NCBI GenBank assembly: GCA_976551045.1
Contig: CDPCPM010000076.1
Location: forward strand, 26,350,001 to 26,414,000
DNA: 64,000 nucleotides
Direction of reading: 5' to 3'
Source: Glaucostegus cemiculus
Taxonomy: Eukaryota
Both the position numbers and the translations under genes were made by a program. Each line of letters begins with the position of its first letter. The first letter of the stretch is position 1. This document shows, piece by piece, positions 27,255 to 40,522 of the stretch. Under the pieces are notes generated by a model. It was given only the letters and a program-made list of their open reading frames with translations, did no database searches and was not told the DNA's origin.

Positions 27255-29285
27255 ACCAATCAGGTTTCTCGCTATTTTAGATCTGGTATTATGTAAAGAG
27301 ACAGAATTAATTAATGATCTTATGGCAAAGGATTCCCTTGGAAAGAGAGATCATGGAATGGTAGAATCTCAAATTCAGTTTAAGGGTAAGAAACTTGCTT
27401 CTAAAACTAGTATCATAAGACAATTAATATGATACAAGGACAGACTTGGCTAAAGTGGACTGGGAACATAGATTAAATGGTAAAATGGTAAATCAGCAGT
27501 GACAGACATTTCAAAAGGTATTTCATAAACTCACCAGCGATATATATTCAAATAAAGAAGTGCTCTCCGTAAAGGATGTACCATTCACGGCCAACTAAGT
27601 AATTTAAGAATGGAATACAATTGAAAGAAAACACATATATTAGTGGTTAACCAAAGGATTTGGAAAATTTTAGAAACCAGTGAAGGATGATTGAAAATAT
27701 TATAAAGAGAGAAAAGCTAGAGTGTGAGAGTAAATTAGCAAATAATATAAAAGCAGAGAGCAACAGCTTCTACAGGTGCGTAAAAAGGAACAGCAAAAAT
27801 AAATATTGGTCGATTATGAATGGGAATTAATAATGGGAAAAAGAAAAATGGCAGAATTCCAAGTAATTATTTAGGATTGAAGTTCATAGCAGAAGACATT
27901 AACAGATTCCAGTGATAGTAGATAATGAAGGGATACAGAGAGGAAGGAGTTTGAAACAATAAGTGTTGCTAGAGATGAAGCGTTACACAAACTGAGACTA
28001 AAGGTTGACAAGTCTTCCAGACCTAATGGCCTGCATTCTAAGGCCTTAACGTGGAGAAAAAGTTGATGCTTTGCTTATAATTTAAAATTCCCTGGATTCT
28101 AGAGAGATTCCATAAAGCTACCAATTAAGTGGGAGAAAGAAGGAAACACTGGGAAAGTTAGCCAATGACAGAACCTATTATTAAGGAGGTATTACATCTT
28201 ATTTTATATTTATAATAATTCTGAAGAAGTTCATTTGGCCCATGAGGTTGATGCCAGCTCCCAGTGCAACATACAGCAATATGTTTCAGGATTTTAATAT
28301 TTCATGGATATGAAAGGCTTAGAGAATACGGGCCAAACACAGGTAAATGGGACTAGCTCAGTTAGACAACTTGGTCAGCATAGACAATTTGGACCAAAGG
28401 GCCCTTTTCCGTGCTGTATAGCTCTATCATTTATCCCATTCGTCCCATTTTCCCTCTTTATTATACCCCAGTAATTTATTCTCTCTCATTATCTTTTCAA
28501 GTCCCTTTTGATTCCATTACCACGTTCTTACAATAAAAGTGATTTACAGTAGCCAATTAACCTACCAGCACATTTTTGGGATGTGAAAGGAAACTGAGGC
28601 ATCCAGAAGAAACCCACGTGACCACATGTAAACTCTACACAGACAAAGCCAAGGTTGGGATCGAGCCTGGGTCCCTGGAGATGTGAAATGGCAGCACTAA
28701 CTGTTGCACCACCATGCCCCCCATGCCTTTCATAGAAAGACATCTAGAACACCTTAACACAATTAAGCACAGTTAACATGGTTTTAGCAAAAGGAAATTG
28801 TGTTCTAGAGTTCTTTAAGAATGCAACAGGGTCCATAAAAGGAAACTAGTAGTTTGGATTTCCAGAAAGCAATCAGTAAGCTGCCATATAAAATTTAACT
28901 GCACAGAAAGCCAAATAAAATGGTACAGCACAATATGAGAATTCAAGGTGTTTAGGATGATATATTGGCATTGATGGTGGCTAACTAACAGAAAACAAAG
29001 AGTTGGGATAAATGGGTCATTTTCAGATTGTCAATCATTAGCTTGTGGGGTGCCACAGGGAAGAGTGCTGGGCCTTAATTATTTATAATGCATATTAACA
29101 ACCTGGATGTAGGGAATGAGTGTACTGTGGCCAAGTGCTATAAAGATAAGTCAGCAGGCTGTTAGAAGGACACATGGAGCCTGGAAAGAGATATTGATAG
29201 GTTAAATGATTGGGCAAGAAGGCAAACAGAGTATAATGTGAGGTTGACCTCTGTGGAAGAATGATTATAAAAAATAAATAGAATG
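27255..29285 (+). mobile_element. Degraded CR1 ORF2 (endonuclease C-terminus to RT), interrupted by a SINE
   Basis: AILDLVLCKETELINDL...LGKRDH, HGF, DFQKA, LTNRKQRVGINGSFS...GVPQGRVLG, with many stops and frameshifts. Confidence 0.85.
28215..28725 (-). mobile_element. V-SINE inserted in CR1, itself containing a plus-strand CR1 3' tip (~28300-28427)
   Basis: tttgggatgtgaaaggaaactgaggcatccagaagaaacccac...gatcgagcctgggtccctggag; internal gggccaaacacaggtaaatgggactag...aagggcccttttccgtgctgta. Confidence 0.75.
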
Positions 29286-29304
29286 AGAGTAACTTGAAAA
29301 TCAT

Positions 29305-29432
29305 TAAAAATGCAGATGCTGGAAATCTGAAATAAAAAGAGAAACAGTGAAAACATTCATCAGGTCAGATAGTATCTGTGGAAATAGAAACAGAGTTATG
29401 GATTCAGGTCAAAGACCCTTTTGTTAGAACTA
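29305..29432 (-). mobile_element. Penelope-like terminal repeat fragment
   Basis: gcagatgctggaaatctgaaataaaaa...tctgtgga...gagtta...tcaggtcaaagaccctt; same family as 58000-58130. Confidence 0.7.
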
Positions 29433-30373
29433 TGAGTAAACCCTGGAGACAAATCATTATGGTATTTAAATTTATTATGCCTTAAATAAAAATAAAGAGT
29501 GATTCATTAGTGGGAGATGATTCCTTGAGAGGATTTTGTACATTGCTTGATCTTGGCCCAACATTTCAAACATACGTACAACACAACCGGAAAAAATATG
29601 CATTCCCCTGCAGTTGCATCTGCCAAGAATTGCTTCTTGCGTGTTAAAAATTTACAGAAGACATAAGTTGTAGTTTTAAGGCCAAGCAAAAATAGAAAGT
29701 GAGAGGTGCCAACACTTATTACATTGAAGCAACTCTCTTTGGACATTGTAGTGTAGCAATTACAATAATTTCTTCTTATTGTTGGTTTGGGAAATGCTTT
29801 AATGTACAAAATGAAACAACCTTCTCCATGAAGACCATATGCTGGGAAGAACACCATATCATTTCAGCAAGTAGTAATAGAACCTGATGACAACATTGCT
29901 TTGTGACTTCTCAAAGAACGACTATCATGTTATTTCTCCATTGCTTGCATTTTGAAAAGAAAGGAGGTGACACTTTGTGCTTCAACAGATGAAAAATTAA
30001 AGTGTGCAATAATTTACAATGAAACATGCAGCTTTTCACAACCAATTTATTAGATGTGCTTTAAAAACTCACTTTGTGAATTAAACCATTGCCCAGAATT
30101 TCATCAGCTCATTTTGCAGCATTAAAATGTTGTTGCCCAGTTGTTGTTGCCCTAAGCTGAAAGTACTATTGTGCATTAAGATTAAAATGTTATTTTGCAA
30201 AGGTACAAATGTGTTTTTCTTAGGTAATGCTTCCATATGTGCGAAGTAACACGGGTTTTGTTGTTTGGTCTTTGAATTTCACGCAAAACCATGCAGAACT
30301 CATGGCAAGGATTCAGTTCCTAAAATCGACACCCTTCATGGCAGCCCACCGGTAACAAGATCACACAGCTGCC

Positions 30374-30830
30374 ATGGAAGAGAGAGGCCAGAGCAGGAGG
30401 GAGTGGGTCCCATTTTTCACAGAGCTACTGATAGAGGAAATCCACAACTAGAGGGTGGTGTCATGCACCAGGGGACAAAAAAGCTGGCAAGGGCAACCGC
30501 TAGGAGAGTCTGCAAGATGGTGATGGATTGCTCATTTTTGGAGCGACATTTGGAGTCGTGCTAGATAAAATATGACCTCTAAGAAATGTAGAGAGAGAAC
30601 CAAGGATGTCTTCAAGAATTCAGCCTCCAGCTGCTGCAGTTCTGACACAAGCAGACACACCGCCAGTTATTTACGCACATCATTGTCTGCCTATAATAAA
30701 CTCTTTCCTCTGCACAGTTCAGACAAAAGTACCAATAAACTGCAAGATCAACTATTGGGCAGGGGACTCTATGTGCTCAGAACTCCATAAAGCTGGTAGA
30801 AAGTGTCCTTCTCATAGGTAGTGAGGCCTT
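30374..30830 (+). pseudogene. Harbinger Myb/SANT-like (MSANTD/NAIF1-type) gene remnant, first two exons
   Basis: gccATGg start, then MEERGQSRREWVPFFTELLIEEIHN*RVV...NMTSKKCRERTKDVFK (cf. RERAPRFS..LE.LVEEV..RR.VL...RT..QCRKKFNDL). After an acceptor near 30718: DKSTNKLQDQLLGRGLYVLRTP/LVESVLLIG (cf. K.AHN.R....TGGG...LTP.EE.VL.IIG). Contains stops and frameshifts. Confidence 0.7.
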
Positions 30831-30984
30831 GCTGAAGCTTGAAATGAAGAAGCCCTGAATTTCTGTGATAAACATGTCCTTTCATTATAAATCCACCCTG
30901 TTGAAGTTCATGCTCAGTCTACAATAATCTGTGTGTGCACTGGTCCATTTCTCCAGAAGAACCATGCAAACAGCTTACTTGCAT

Positions 30985-32170
30985 CCTTCTCTACTTATTT
31001 ACGAAAGCAGCAGGAATGGAACAGAAGTGGGCTATTCAACTCCTGTACATGATTTGCCATGCAATATAATCAGGATTCATTTCTTACTTCAGCAAAAGTT
31101 TCCTTCATTAATCCCATATCCCTTGGTATTCTTAATACCTATACAAATATCAATCCCTGCCTTGAATATACTCAGCAACTGAGCCTCCTCTGCTATCTTG
31201 CACAGAAAATTCTAAAGAATCACTACCATTAAGTGAAGAAATTTCTTCTCATCTCTGTCCTTAGTGTCCAAATCCTTTATTCTGTGCACTTCCAATTCTA
31301 CACACTTCAGTCACAGGAAACATCAACTCCACATTAAACCTGATCCCCATATTCAAATTATTAATATAGGCTGTGAACAGTTGGGGCTCTATCGCTAATC
31401 CCCAGGGAACATCACTAGTGATAATCTCCCAGCTTGAAAGTGATCCACTTATTCAAATTCTCTATTTTCCCTCCTTTAGCCAATTCTCAATCCATGTCAT
31501 CAATACTATGTGCTTTTAGTTTGTTTAGTGATCTCTTGCATGGCACCTCACCGAAGGCTTTCTTAAAGTCTACATCCTTTACATCAATTGCTTTGCCCTT
31601 GTCCATATTGCTAATTACAACCTCAAAAAAATTCCAACAGATTTGTCAAACATGATCTCCTTTTATGAATAAATCCATGTTGAATCTGGTCAATTTAATT
31701 ATTATTCCCCAAGTGTCCTTTTACTACTTCCATTATAATAGATTGCAGTATTTTCCTACTACTGATGTCAGGCTCTTTGTTCTATCATCCCATTTTCTCC
31801 TTCCCTGCTTTCTTAAATAGTAAGGTTACAATTGCCACTTTCCAATCAGTTGGAAGCATTCTAGACTCATGAAATTTTGCATCCACTATCACCATTGCCA
31901 TCTCCTTCCAAACCCTAGAATACAGGACCTTGGGTCCCAGAGATATGTTGCTTTCCAGTCCCTTTAATGTCACCAATATCAATGCCTTTTCAATAATGCT
32001 ATTTTTGAGTCTTTTGCTTACTCCAGATCTGAAGACATCCATTATTACTGAAAAATACTTTTTCTCTGCTTCCCTGAAGACAGACACAAAATAATCTTTA
32101 ATTTCTAAGCAATTTCCTTCTTTTCCAATATAATTTCTCTTATTGTACTGTGGGATGCATATTAACTTTT
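30985..32170 (-). mobile_element. Older CR1 LINE fragment (RT region plus 3' end)
   Basis: ORF 31785-32087 contains SLGPKVLYSRVWKE...DWKVAIVTLLFKKAGKEK; CR1 tail at ~31000-31250. Confidence 0.85.
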
Positions 32171-32172
32171 AG

Positions 32173-33372
32173 AACAGAGAACATAGAACAGCAGAGTACA
32201 AAACAGGCCCTTCAGCCCACAATGTTGTGCCAACATAGCTAATCACTTCTACCTACAGAATGCCCATATCCCTCTATTTTCCTCTCATTCATATGCCCAT
32301 CCAAGCCTCTCTTAGAAGCCCCCACTGAATTTGCCTCCACCACCCTATCAGGCAACGCATTCCAGGCATCCACCACTCTCTGAGAGAAAAATATACCCCT
32401 CACGTCTGTTCTGAACCTACCCCCCTCTCACTTTAAATGATGCCCTCTGGTACTGGATTGCTCAATAATGGGAAAAAGATATTGCTTGTCCATGCTATCT
32501 ATGCCCCTCAATTTTAAACACTTCCAACAGGTCACCCCTCAGCCTCTGCCGCTCCAGAGAAAAGACCCCAAGTTTGTCCAGCCTCTCCTGATAGCACATG
32601 CCCTCTAATCCAGGCAGCTTTCCAGTAAACCTCCTCTGCACCCTCTCAAAAGCCTCAACGTCCTTCCTATAGTGAGGTGACCAGAGTTGCATGCAATACT
32701 CTAAATGCGGCCTAACCAAAGTTCTATAGAGATGCATCATAACTTGACTCCTACTCAATACCTCAATTAGTGAAAGCAAGCATTCCACGAGCCTTCTTAA
32801 TCACCCTATCTACCTGTATAGCCACTGTCAATGAGCCATGGATTTGCACCCCATGTCTCTCTGCTCTATAACACTACTAAGGGTGTACTGCCTCTTGACA
32901 TTAGTCCTACCAGTTTGCAACACCTCACATTTATCCGGGTTAAACTCCATCTGCCATTTCTCTGCTCAAATCTGCGACTGATCTACATCACCCTGTATCT
33001 ATCGCCAGTCTTCTACACTATTCCCAACTCCACCAACCTTGGTATTGCCTGCAAACTTACCAACCCGTCCATCAACAAACTCATCCAGGTCAGTTATGTA
33101 CATCAGAAATGGCAGAGGTCCCAGTACAGATCCCTGCGGGACACCACTACTCACAGGCTTCCAGCCTGAATAAGTCCCTTCAAGCACCACTCTCAGTCTT
33201 CTATGGGCAAGCGAATTCTGGATCCACACAGCCAATTCTTAACTGACCCCATGCATCTGAACTTTCTTGATTAACCTATTATGTGGGACCTTGTCAGATG
33301 CCTTACTGAAGTCCATGCCTACCTTCGTCAATCTATCTGGTCACCTTGTTAAAAAACTCAACCAGGTTAGTA
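32173..33372 (-). mobile_element. Younger CR1 LINE 3' portion (RT to tail)
   Basis: GVPQGSVLGP, KFAGNTK (decayed FADD), LYRTLVRPHLEYCMQLWSPHYRKD, RLRGDL, and an agaacatagaac tail. Confidence 0.93.
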
Positions 33373-33639
33373 ACTTTCGGTCATCTTCTGCTTTGTACCC
33401 AATTTATGTTTTGTGCTAGCCTACTCTCATATGCTACATTCCCTCTACTTATCATTGCCTTGGTGCTGCTTTGCATTGCAGGATTTCTTGAGAGACCTGC
33501 AGTTCTGAAGACCAACATACAGCACAGGAGAATGGGGAGCAGGAGGAAAGAGAAAATAATACAGAAGTAGAGAAAGAAAAGCACACTGCTGAGCACCATC
33601 TCAAATACTGGTGTTGCAAGGACAGAAGGGAATAGATTA

Positions 33640-33925
33640 ACAGGGTTTATTTCTCTCCATAAATGCTGCCTGAACTGCTGAGTTCCTCCAGCATTTTGTG
33701 TGTGTGTGTTGCTTCAGATTCCAGCATCTGCAGAATCGCTTGTGCCAGAGTTATGATTGGTTGGAGATGGAAACTGTTTGTTGGAGGTGGGAATGTGGTC
33801 CAAATGTTAGTATTGACCCAAGGTATTAAACAGACAGAGCTGGAAAAAAAACCTTAATGGGTCAGGCAGCATCTGTGGAAAGAGGAAAAGTTAATATTTT
33901 AGGTCTGGGACCCTGCATTTCTTTG
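33640..33925. mobile_element. Two oppositely oriented Penelope-like terminal-repeat fragments
   Basis: atgctgcctgaactgctgagttcctccagc...ccagcatctgcag, then gggtcaggcagcatctgtgga...gttaatattttaggtctgggaccctgcat. Confidence 0.7.
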
Positions 33926-34801
33926 ATTTTCATTTATGGTCCCAGGAGTGTGGATGACAACTGGGAAGGCTGTTGCAGATGCAGAGAGATGACTGAAGAG
34001 TTGTCAAGCATGCCTGAACAAGATGGCAAAGAGATGAGTTGTCCACCTCCAACTCTCACAGGAGGCTGCGCACAGCTGGAAAGGCAGCATTTCCACTCTG
34101 GAATGACATGCAGCCGGTGTCAGGGTCCAGTGACAATTTCATTTTGCAGTGATTGATTGCTTATGTTCTTCGCCTTCCATGGAGGCATGGTAGAAAGGCC
34201 ATTCGAACATGTCTTGCCTCTGTGGAGACTTGTGTTGACCCTATGAATGAAAAGATGCCATCTGTCAAGAGCAAATTGTTTCTGTCTGGGAGTAGAGAAA
34301 TCCCCTCAACCCTGGGGTCAGATCGGACCCCATTCAGAGCTGATTGCTGTACAAACAATTCCAGCTGACTCATGGGAAGACAGTAGCAGGGACGTGGAAT
34401 GTGGTTGTTGGCTTTGGTATGTTAATGCAAAATGATGAGACTTGCAGGATCTTCAGGTATTTTAGATGATGCAGTGGTGATGTTAACTCAGTTTATGTGC
34501 TCTGAAGAAGCCAAACCAGTCAACAGTAGGACCAGAGAAGGCTAATCCAGACCGGGATAAAGACATTATCAGGTCACCATCCCCTGAGAAAATTTCACTC
34601 CAATCAAAATCTTACAATAGTCACCACTGAACTAAGATATCGGAGATCCATATTCCAATGAGCTCCTGGTAATGTTTCTACTTCACCCATTTTCAACCAC
34701 TGGATGAGCTCCAGCAGAAGTCTTATTAGATTGAGATGTTACAGATACTGTAAGGGGAAAGGTTGTCCACAGTGACTGTGGCTTGAAAAACAGTTCTTCT
34801 A

Positions 34802-34886
34802 CCCCACCTCTCCCTCCCTCCCTCCCCTCCTCCTCCTCCTCCTCCTCCTCCTCCCCGTCCTCCCCTCTTTTACCTCCTCCTCCCCT
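34802..34886 (+). repeat. (CCT)n / C-rich polypyrimidine microsatellite
   Basis: ccctccctccctcccc(tcc)n run, directly visible. Confidence 0.9.
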
Positions 34887-35778
34887 TGCCTTACCCAAGA
34901 TAGCTGTGAGCCTGCTCCAAGGTGCAGCCAAATAAAGAGAATACCAGAGTCTGGAAGGGACTAATTTCACAGACATATTTACACCACTTTGGGATCCATT
35001 GATTAGTTTGAAGAATATATTATTTGATGAGATTGGTCTTTAACCTGTTTCAATTGCTGTCCATTATGCTTTCAGCTGACATTAACTGGATCAATTACTC
35101 TAAGTGAATCTCATAACCCACCTCATAATGAAAATCTTGCATTGGTTGTTTGCTACAGGACAGATATCATGTAGAACTGATTAGACAGGTAGATTGATTG
35201 GAGAGGCTCAGATCCCTGATGTTAACAACCATTACAATGAAGTAATGCTCCTTTCTGGATGAAAGGTCCCTGTAACCACAGCTGGTGTGAGCATAATATT
35301 AGAACCTTTTTGCCAAGGCACTTCCATACCATGCACTTTGAAGAGTATGACTTATGGTTTGGTATTCAAATACCAAGCATTGTTTTGGCTTCAGAATGCT
35401 TGGTATGTTACAGTAGTATTGCCATTGTGTGATGTACAGTCCCTTTGCCTGGCAACTATGCAACAATATTTCATTTGACTCCTTGTGTAAAGTCAAATGT
35501 ATTTGAAGGGAACATAGGCCACTTTCACTGTGCCTCATTTCCAATGAAGCTATTTGTGTAGGCCAAGGGCATAGTTTCATAACTGCCACATTGCACAAAG
35601 TCCTGTGTGAATATATTTTATAATAATGATAAGAATTTTTGGTCTATTAAATTGTCACTGACTACACATTCAGAGATCCTCTCTTTCCTTCAGTGCATCA
35701 AATTGGCAGTTGTAGTAGACGTTCATCCCGCTAGCCTCCTTCTCAGACTCATCCCTCTGTGGCTTCCTTTTTTGATGT

Positions 35779-36510
35779 CCCCTAGGCAAGGGCTGAGTTC
35801 TTCTGTTGGCAATGTAGTGCAGAATGCAGAGGCGCACATTGAAGTATGTGATCCTGTTTGTGGTTATGGAGTGTGCCCTCAGATTGGTTCTGACAGCAAG
35901 ATCTCATCATGAGAAGCTGATGACAATCTTCAGCAGTCCACTGGTAGTCCAACAGTAATGTTCTCCACATGCTCTCAAAGTTACATTATCCTCACTACAA
36001 GTAAAGGGTTCCTTCTCCTGCACTGTGGAGCAACGGAGACGTCCCTCATGCAGTGGTCAACAGCAAATTGTGAGACGTAGCAGAGATCAGCCACAGTCAC
36101 CCAGAATGACCTGAATCTATGGGGTTTAATGTGACAGTGACTCAACCTTTGCAGGCAGAGTTGAAGATCTACCCATATATCACTGTGACCACTGTCTGAA
36201 AAAAAAGTAGCCTAATCAAATAAGAGACAATAGAGATTGTAGATGCTGTGATCTGCAACAAAAAAACAAACAGCTGGAGGAGCTCAGTGGGTCAGGCAGC
36301 ACCTGTGGAGACGGAAGGATGGTCATCATTTTGTGTTGAGCCCCTGCATCAGGATCTAAATCATCAACCATCCCTCAGGCTCCACAGATGCTGCCTGACC
36401 TACAGAGTTTCTCGAGCAGTTTGTTCTTTAGCATGAGCAGATACAATACGTCACAGAGGTTTAAATATGACTGTCTGTCCCTGTGGTTTCTGTGAAGATG
36501 TAGCTTGTGA
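35779..36510 (-). pseudogene. Harbinger (HARBI1-like) transposase remnant with internal deletion and a nested insertion
   Basis: HRDRQSYLNL...[insert]...VVTVI...VTVTLNPIDSG/SF.VTVADLCYVSQFAVDHCMRDVSVA...NQSEGTLH/YFNVRLCILHYIANRRTQPLP, versus the recalled R.SYLNL, VTVALNFYASGSF, GD.C.ISQFAVH.CIREVT.AL and DRSGG.LQY...VVCC.LHN.A..R.QPL. Confidence 0.8.
36220..36435. mobile_element. Fold-back (inverted) Penelope-like terminal repeat inserted in the transposase
   Basis: gggtcaggcagcacctgtggag...ggatggt pairs with accatcc...ctccacagatgctgcctgacc. Confidence 0.75.
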
Positions 36511-37197
36511 ACGTTTGTGCTTTTTTGCCTCCTGGGTTGGGATTCCTGACTTTGCCTGTGGAGCCTTCAATGCTTGACCTGAAGCTCCCATTCAAGAAGT
36601 GTGTGAGGTGTTTTCATCAGCAAGTGCACACCTACTGATGTTAAACCTTGTCCACCAGAATTTCCTAGCTTTCCTTTGGTTGTGGTTCAGGGAATCACTG
36701 TCTGTCAGCAGTCACAAATCAAGCAGCTCTCCAAAGTTTTAAAGGGCCTTTTATAGGACCACTCATACTGAAAAATTAAACTCTCCAGGCTGCTGTACAG
36801 TGCTCTGAAGGCTTTTTGCTCAGGCTGAAAAAAAGTCTCCTTGTCACCACAGACACTTCTCTGAAGCTCATTTGCTCTTTCAGCACCTGGAGTTGATTGC
36901 CATGGGTGCTTCCACTGTCTGCAGAGGTCTGCAGTAATCTGCAGGTGCTGACATGGCAAGCTTGATAGAAGTGTCCATGCTGATGAAGACTTTCTTTCAA
37001 TGTGAACAAACAACTTCTGAGAACTGTGCACCAACCAGGAAGAGTTTATACTTTCAACATGACTGGCCCTTTAAATGGCACTGCCCGAGGGCAAGCAGCG
37101 CCATGGAGACCTGTTTGATTTGTACCTGCTGAATGACAGTTATCATCTAATTTATAACAGATGAGCTTAGAAATGCTGGTGTTATAAGGATTGAATC

Positions 37198-37256
37198 ATT
37201 ATATATATGTATAACCAATATATATGAATATATATATAATCAATATATATATTGAT
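37198..37256. repeat. Imperfect (AT)n low-complexity tract
   Basis: atatatatgtataaccaatatatatgaatatatatataatcaatatatatatt. Confidence 0.7.
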
Positions 37257-37914
37257 TACGCGTATGTGCAGATACTGAGACCTGAAATGCCCAATGAAAC
37301 TCCAGAGTGGTACAAAGCAACCTAGATATAGACTCGATTGCAACTCACTCCAGATAAAACCCACTTTCAGTTGGATAGTGCTGTAGATATCATCGCTCTG
37401 CAACCTAATTTATAGGCATAATTGTGGCATTAGAAATGATCATAGTTTTAGCTATTGTTCATTCTAGAAAGTATTAAATGACACAAAAAATGATAATGAT
37501 AGTGTATAGTAATCATATAATTACAGCATCCTGTTAAAGAAGAAATAAGGGTGAGCATGCTTGTCTAAGGAGACACTGGATACTATTATCTAGTGTTTTG
37601 TTTTCCTTGTTGCTTAAGTGGTGGAGTGCTCATTAGAATTCAGGATGGGAAATTAAATTACAGTGAACACAGCCAATCCACTAACTGAACTCATTTAGTA
37701 ATCCAGTCCTTGAGGTTTTTTTTGTCTGGAGAACTTGGAAAGTCTTTGCAGCCTCATTTGTGTTGCCATTTTTTTTGGAGTGTTGGCACTCTCCAAATGT
37801 ACTGCAACAGCTAAAATGGTGAGAACAAGGCCAAAAGAATTTGTCCTTCATATTAATTCTCACATAGTTGTCAGTGTTTGAAAGCAACGTCCTTTAGAAC
37901 TTATTTAACTAAGC

Positions 37915-38255
37915 AGTGGCATTAATGAGCCACTCATGGTGATGAACATTGATGTCCCTCACTAGAGTATGTTCTTAGCAGTTGGTGCTCTCAGTACTTC
38001 TTCCAAGTTGTGTCATCAAACGAAAGAAGCCAGTAGTAGAGATCAAGTGGTCTCCACATCCATGTTTGAGCTGATGCCATCAGACATGATAACGTCTGGA
38101 GTCATGATTAAGGAGTACCATGGCCATTCCCTCTTAACTGATTACCGGTAACCCATCATCTCTAGTGAGTCCATCTTGTTCATCGAATGGGACATGTACA
38201 ATGACTTTGATGGAGGAGTAGAGAATACTGGTCTAAATGTATGATTCTGAAGTCA
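37915..38255 (-). mobile_element. Decayed LINE APE-endonuclease fragment (L2/CR1 group)
   Basis: The reverse strand reads GDINVHHHEWL (GDFNxHH catalytic motif), preceded by HHLEEVLRA- and WHQLKHG-like segments. Confidence 0.7.
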
Positions 38256-39744
38256 TCGCTTCCTTTCCCAAAATTCAATATACATAGAGATTGCACTTTG
38301 AGATTGTATTTAGGGAAGTCTACTTGGTGCATTTCTCTCATAAGCTCCTGACAATTAATTAGATAGATATGCTGTATTTTAATTTTGCAGAATGATATTA
38401 AAATAAATGTATCATGAGTTAATCAAATCTTCAATATAGATTGTTTTTTCTTTGTTGAGATAGGTCTTGTGTTAGAGAATCTAAGCATTTGAATTTGTTT
38501 TTCACCTTGCCATTTCATCTTAATGCACCTATTATTCAGGACAATGTTTTGAGAGATTTGGCATTTTATCTATATTCACATTTAAATGATAAGAAATAAA
38601 GTTGAAAAATGATGCCTGAGCTTTTTTTTCCTCAATTTCTTTCAGACGATATTTGAAATACTGGTTTGAACTATCAGGGGGGAGAAAATCAAATCATATG
38701 CAATGTTCTACAGTGCATGAAAAGACCCAGTTAATATATATTTCCATTATGCCATTCAAGATTATCTTTTTAATCCATAATCTTTTCTGAACTAGCTAAT
38801 TCTCCTCAGAAACTGAGAATGTAAATTAACTGTGATTCTTTCTAATTTGACACAGATGAACCATATGCTACTGGATAATTTATCTTTATTAACTTTTAAT
38901 TTGCTTACAGTGTGAAAACATTTGATTATTTGAAGCACAGTATTTGGTGGAAAGTTATTTCCAACATTCCTCACATTTTTGTTGAAAACTCCAGTTAAAG
39001 GTTCCACCTGCTGGGCTGGACATTACTTTTCTACTCATCAACCATGAGTCTATTATCCTAGAAAGCCTAGTTTGATGAGGTTTTGATATGTGCACTGGCT
39101 GCATCTAACAGGAATTTGGAGTGAGTGCACTTAAACTATAGCTGGACAGATTTCATGGTGAAGTACAAAAAACTAACAATTTTTTAAATTTCATTAGTTA
39201 ATCTGTAAAGTTTATGTAAAACAAGTCTTCATTGAATCTTATGGTTTTTTGTGGAGTTTCCTTACTGGTTGCCAATGAGGTCGGTGTATGGCAGTGGGAT
39301 TTTTTAAGGTGAATATCACATTGAATATTTGTTGGAAAATTAGCATTTTTTTTTAACAATATTAGATTCTGTAGAATCTTTGGCAGAACAGGACATTCAA
39401 CCTACATAGTCTTCCTCCAGCCCCACTTCACATAGGCTACTTAGAACACTTTATATTCCTTTCTCCCTCATTTACCATTGAGATTTCCTTTCAAAGCATC
39501 TCTATCACTCCTGATAGCAAATTCAGATGGTGAAGGCTGCAGTTTTCTGCAACCTGCTGAACATTTACAATTATTTCTGTAACTACCTTCAGACAAATGA
39601 GTATGGAACAGGTACATACTTCAGCACAGCTATGCAACGAAGTCACAAGTAGCTGGAAATCTTGAACACTCATGGTCTCCCATGACATTGCTCACAGTTA
39701 AAAAGAGTAGATTTATAGGAGTCAATTATGGTATCAAGTTGTCT

Positions 39745-39920
39745 TTTAGTACCCCACCTCCCATCTTTTGTCCACTTATCACTGCTCTGCTTTTCCCTCC
39801 TATATATTGGGCTTCCCCTTTTCCTATCTTCAGTCCTGAACCGAAACGTTGACCACCTGCTTTTCTCCATGGATGCTGCCTGGCCTGCTGAGTTCCTCCA
39901 GCATTATCGTGTTTTTCATT
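39745..39920 (+). mobile_element. Penelope-like terminal repeat fragment
   Basis: cagtcctgaa-ccgaaacgttgacc...ggatgctgcctggcctgctgagttcctccagc. Confidence 0.75.
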
Positions 39921-40522
39921 TGTCCTTTAGTACAAGGTTGATTTTCATTTGTATTAAGTTGTTTCATAAATGTGATATTTTTGTTTTTAATGATTTCATG
40001 GTGAGTACACTACCAATAGTGTTGTGCAAAATCAGTTACTCAGCTGTCCACAGAGGCCTTATTTAAATCTTAGCTACCTGACCCAGGCCCAATAGGAACT
40101 CACTGTGTGTGTTGGGTTCAGCTCGTGTACACTCTGCTGAAACATTTGGATTGGGTCGACTTTATAGGAATGTGCTGACTCAGCTCAGCAAATGCTTGCA
40201 TTTACTGTTTGTGCTTCATCAATTGTGAGATACATGCAGCTCAACAAGTCATGGAAGGAATGACTGCAAACTTCTCCAGATGAGGTCGGGCATGGGAAAA
40301 TAAGTATCTTAATGTTATAACCATTTGAGTAGACCTCTGGTCTAGCGAGAACAATGTTTCCTGTATGTTGCAGGATTAAAATAGAATATCAGGTAGTGGA
40401 TTACAATGTGCCTGATATAAACATAACACATTATGCTTCTCTATTTTGAAAATCTTCATGATTGCTGTCACATTGCCTGTCCTAGACTACTCCACTCAAA
40501 TAACTACTCAATTTTGATTGGT

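Larger units (their letters stand above)
30090..37400. mobile_element. Fossil autonomous-type PIF/Harbinger transposon (outer limits approximate), with nested insertions
   Basis: Myb/SANT-like gene remnant on + at the left and transposase remnant on - at the right, the convergent two-gene Harbinger layout. TIRs were not confidently located. Confidence 0.7.

Noticed and set aside
34683-34976. ORF with poly-Glu/Gly
   Set aside because: Produced by the (CCT)n microsatellite.
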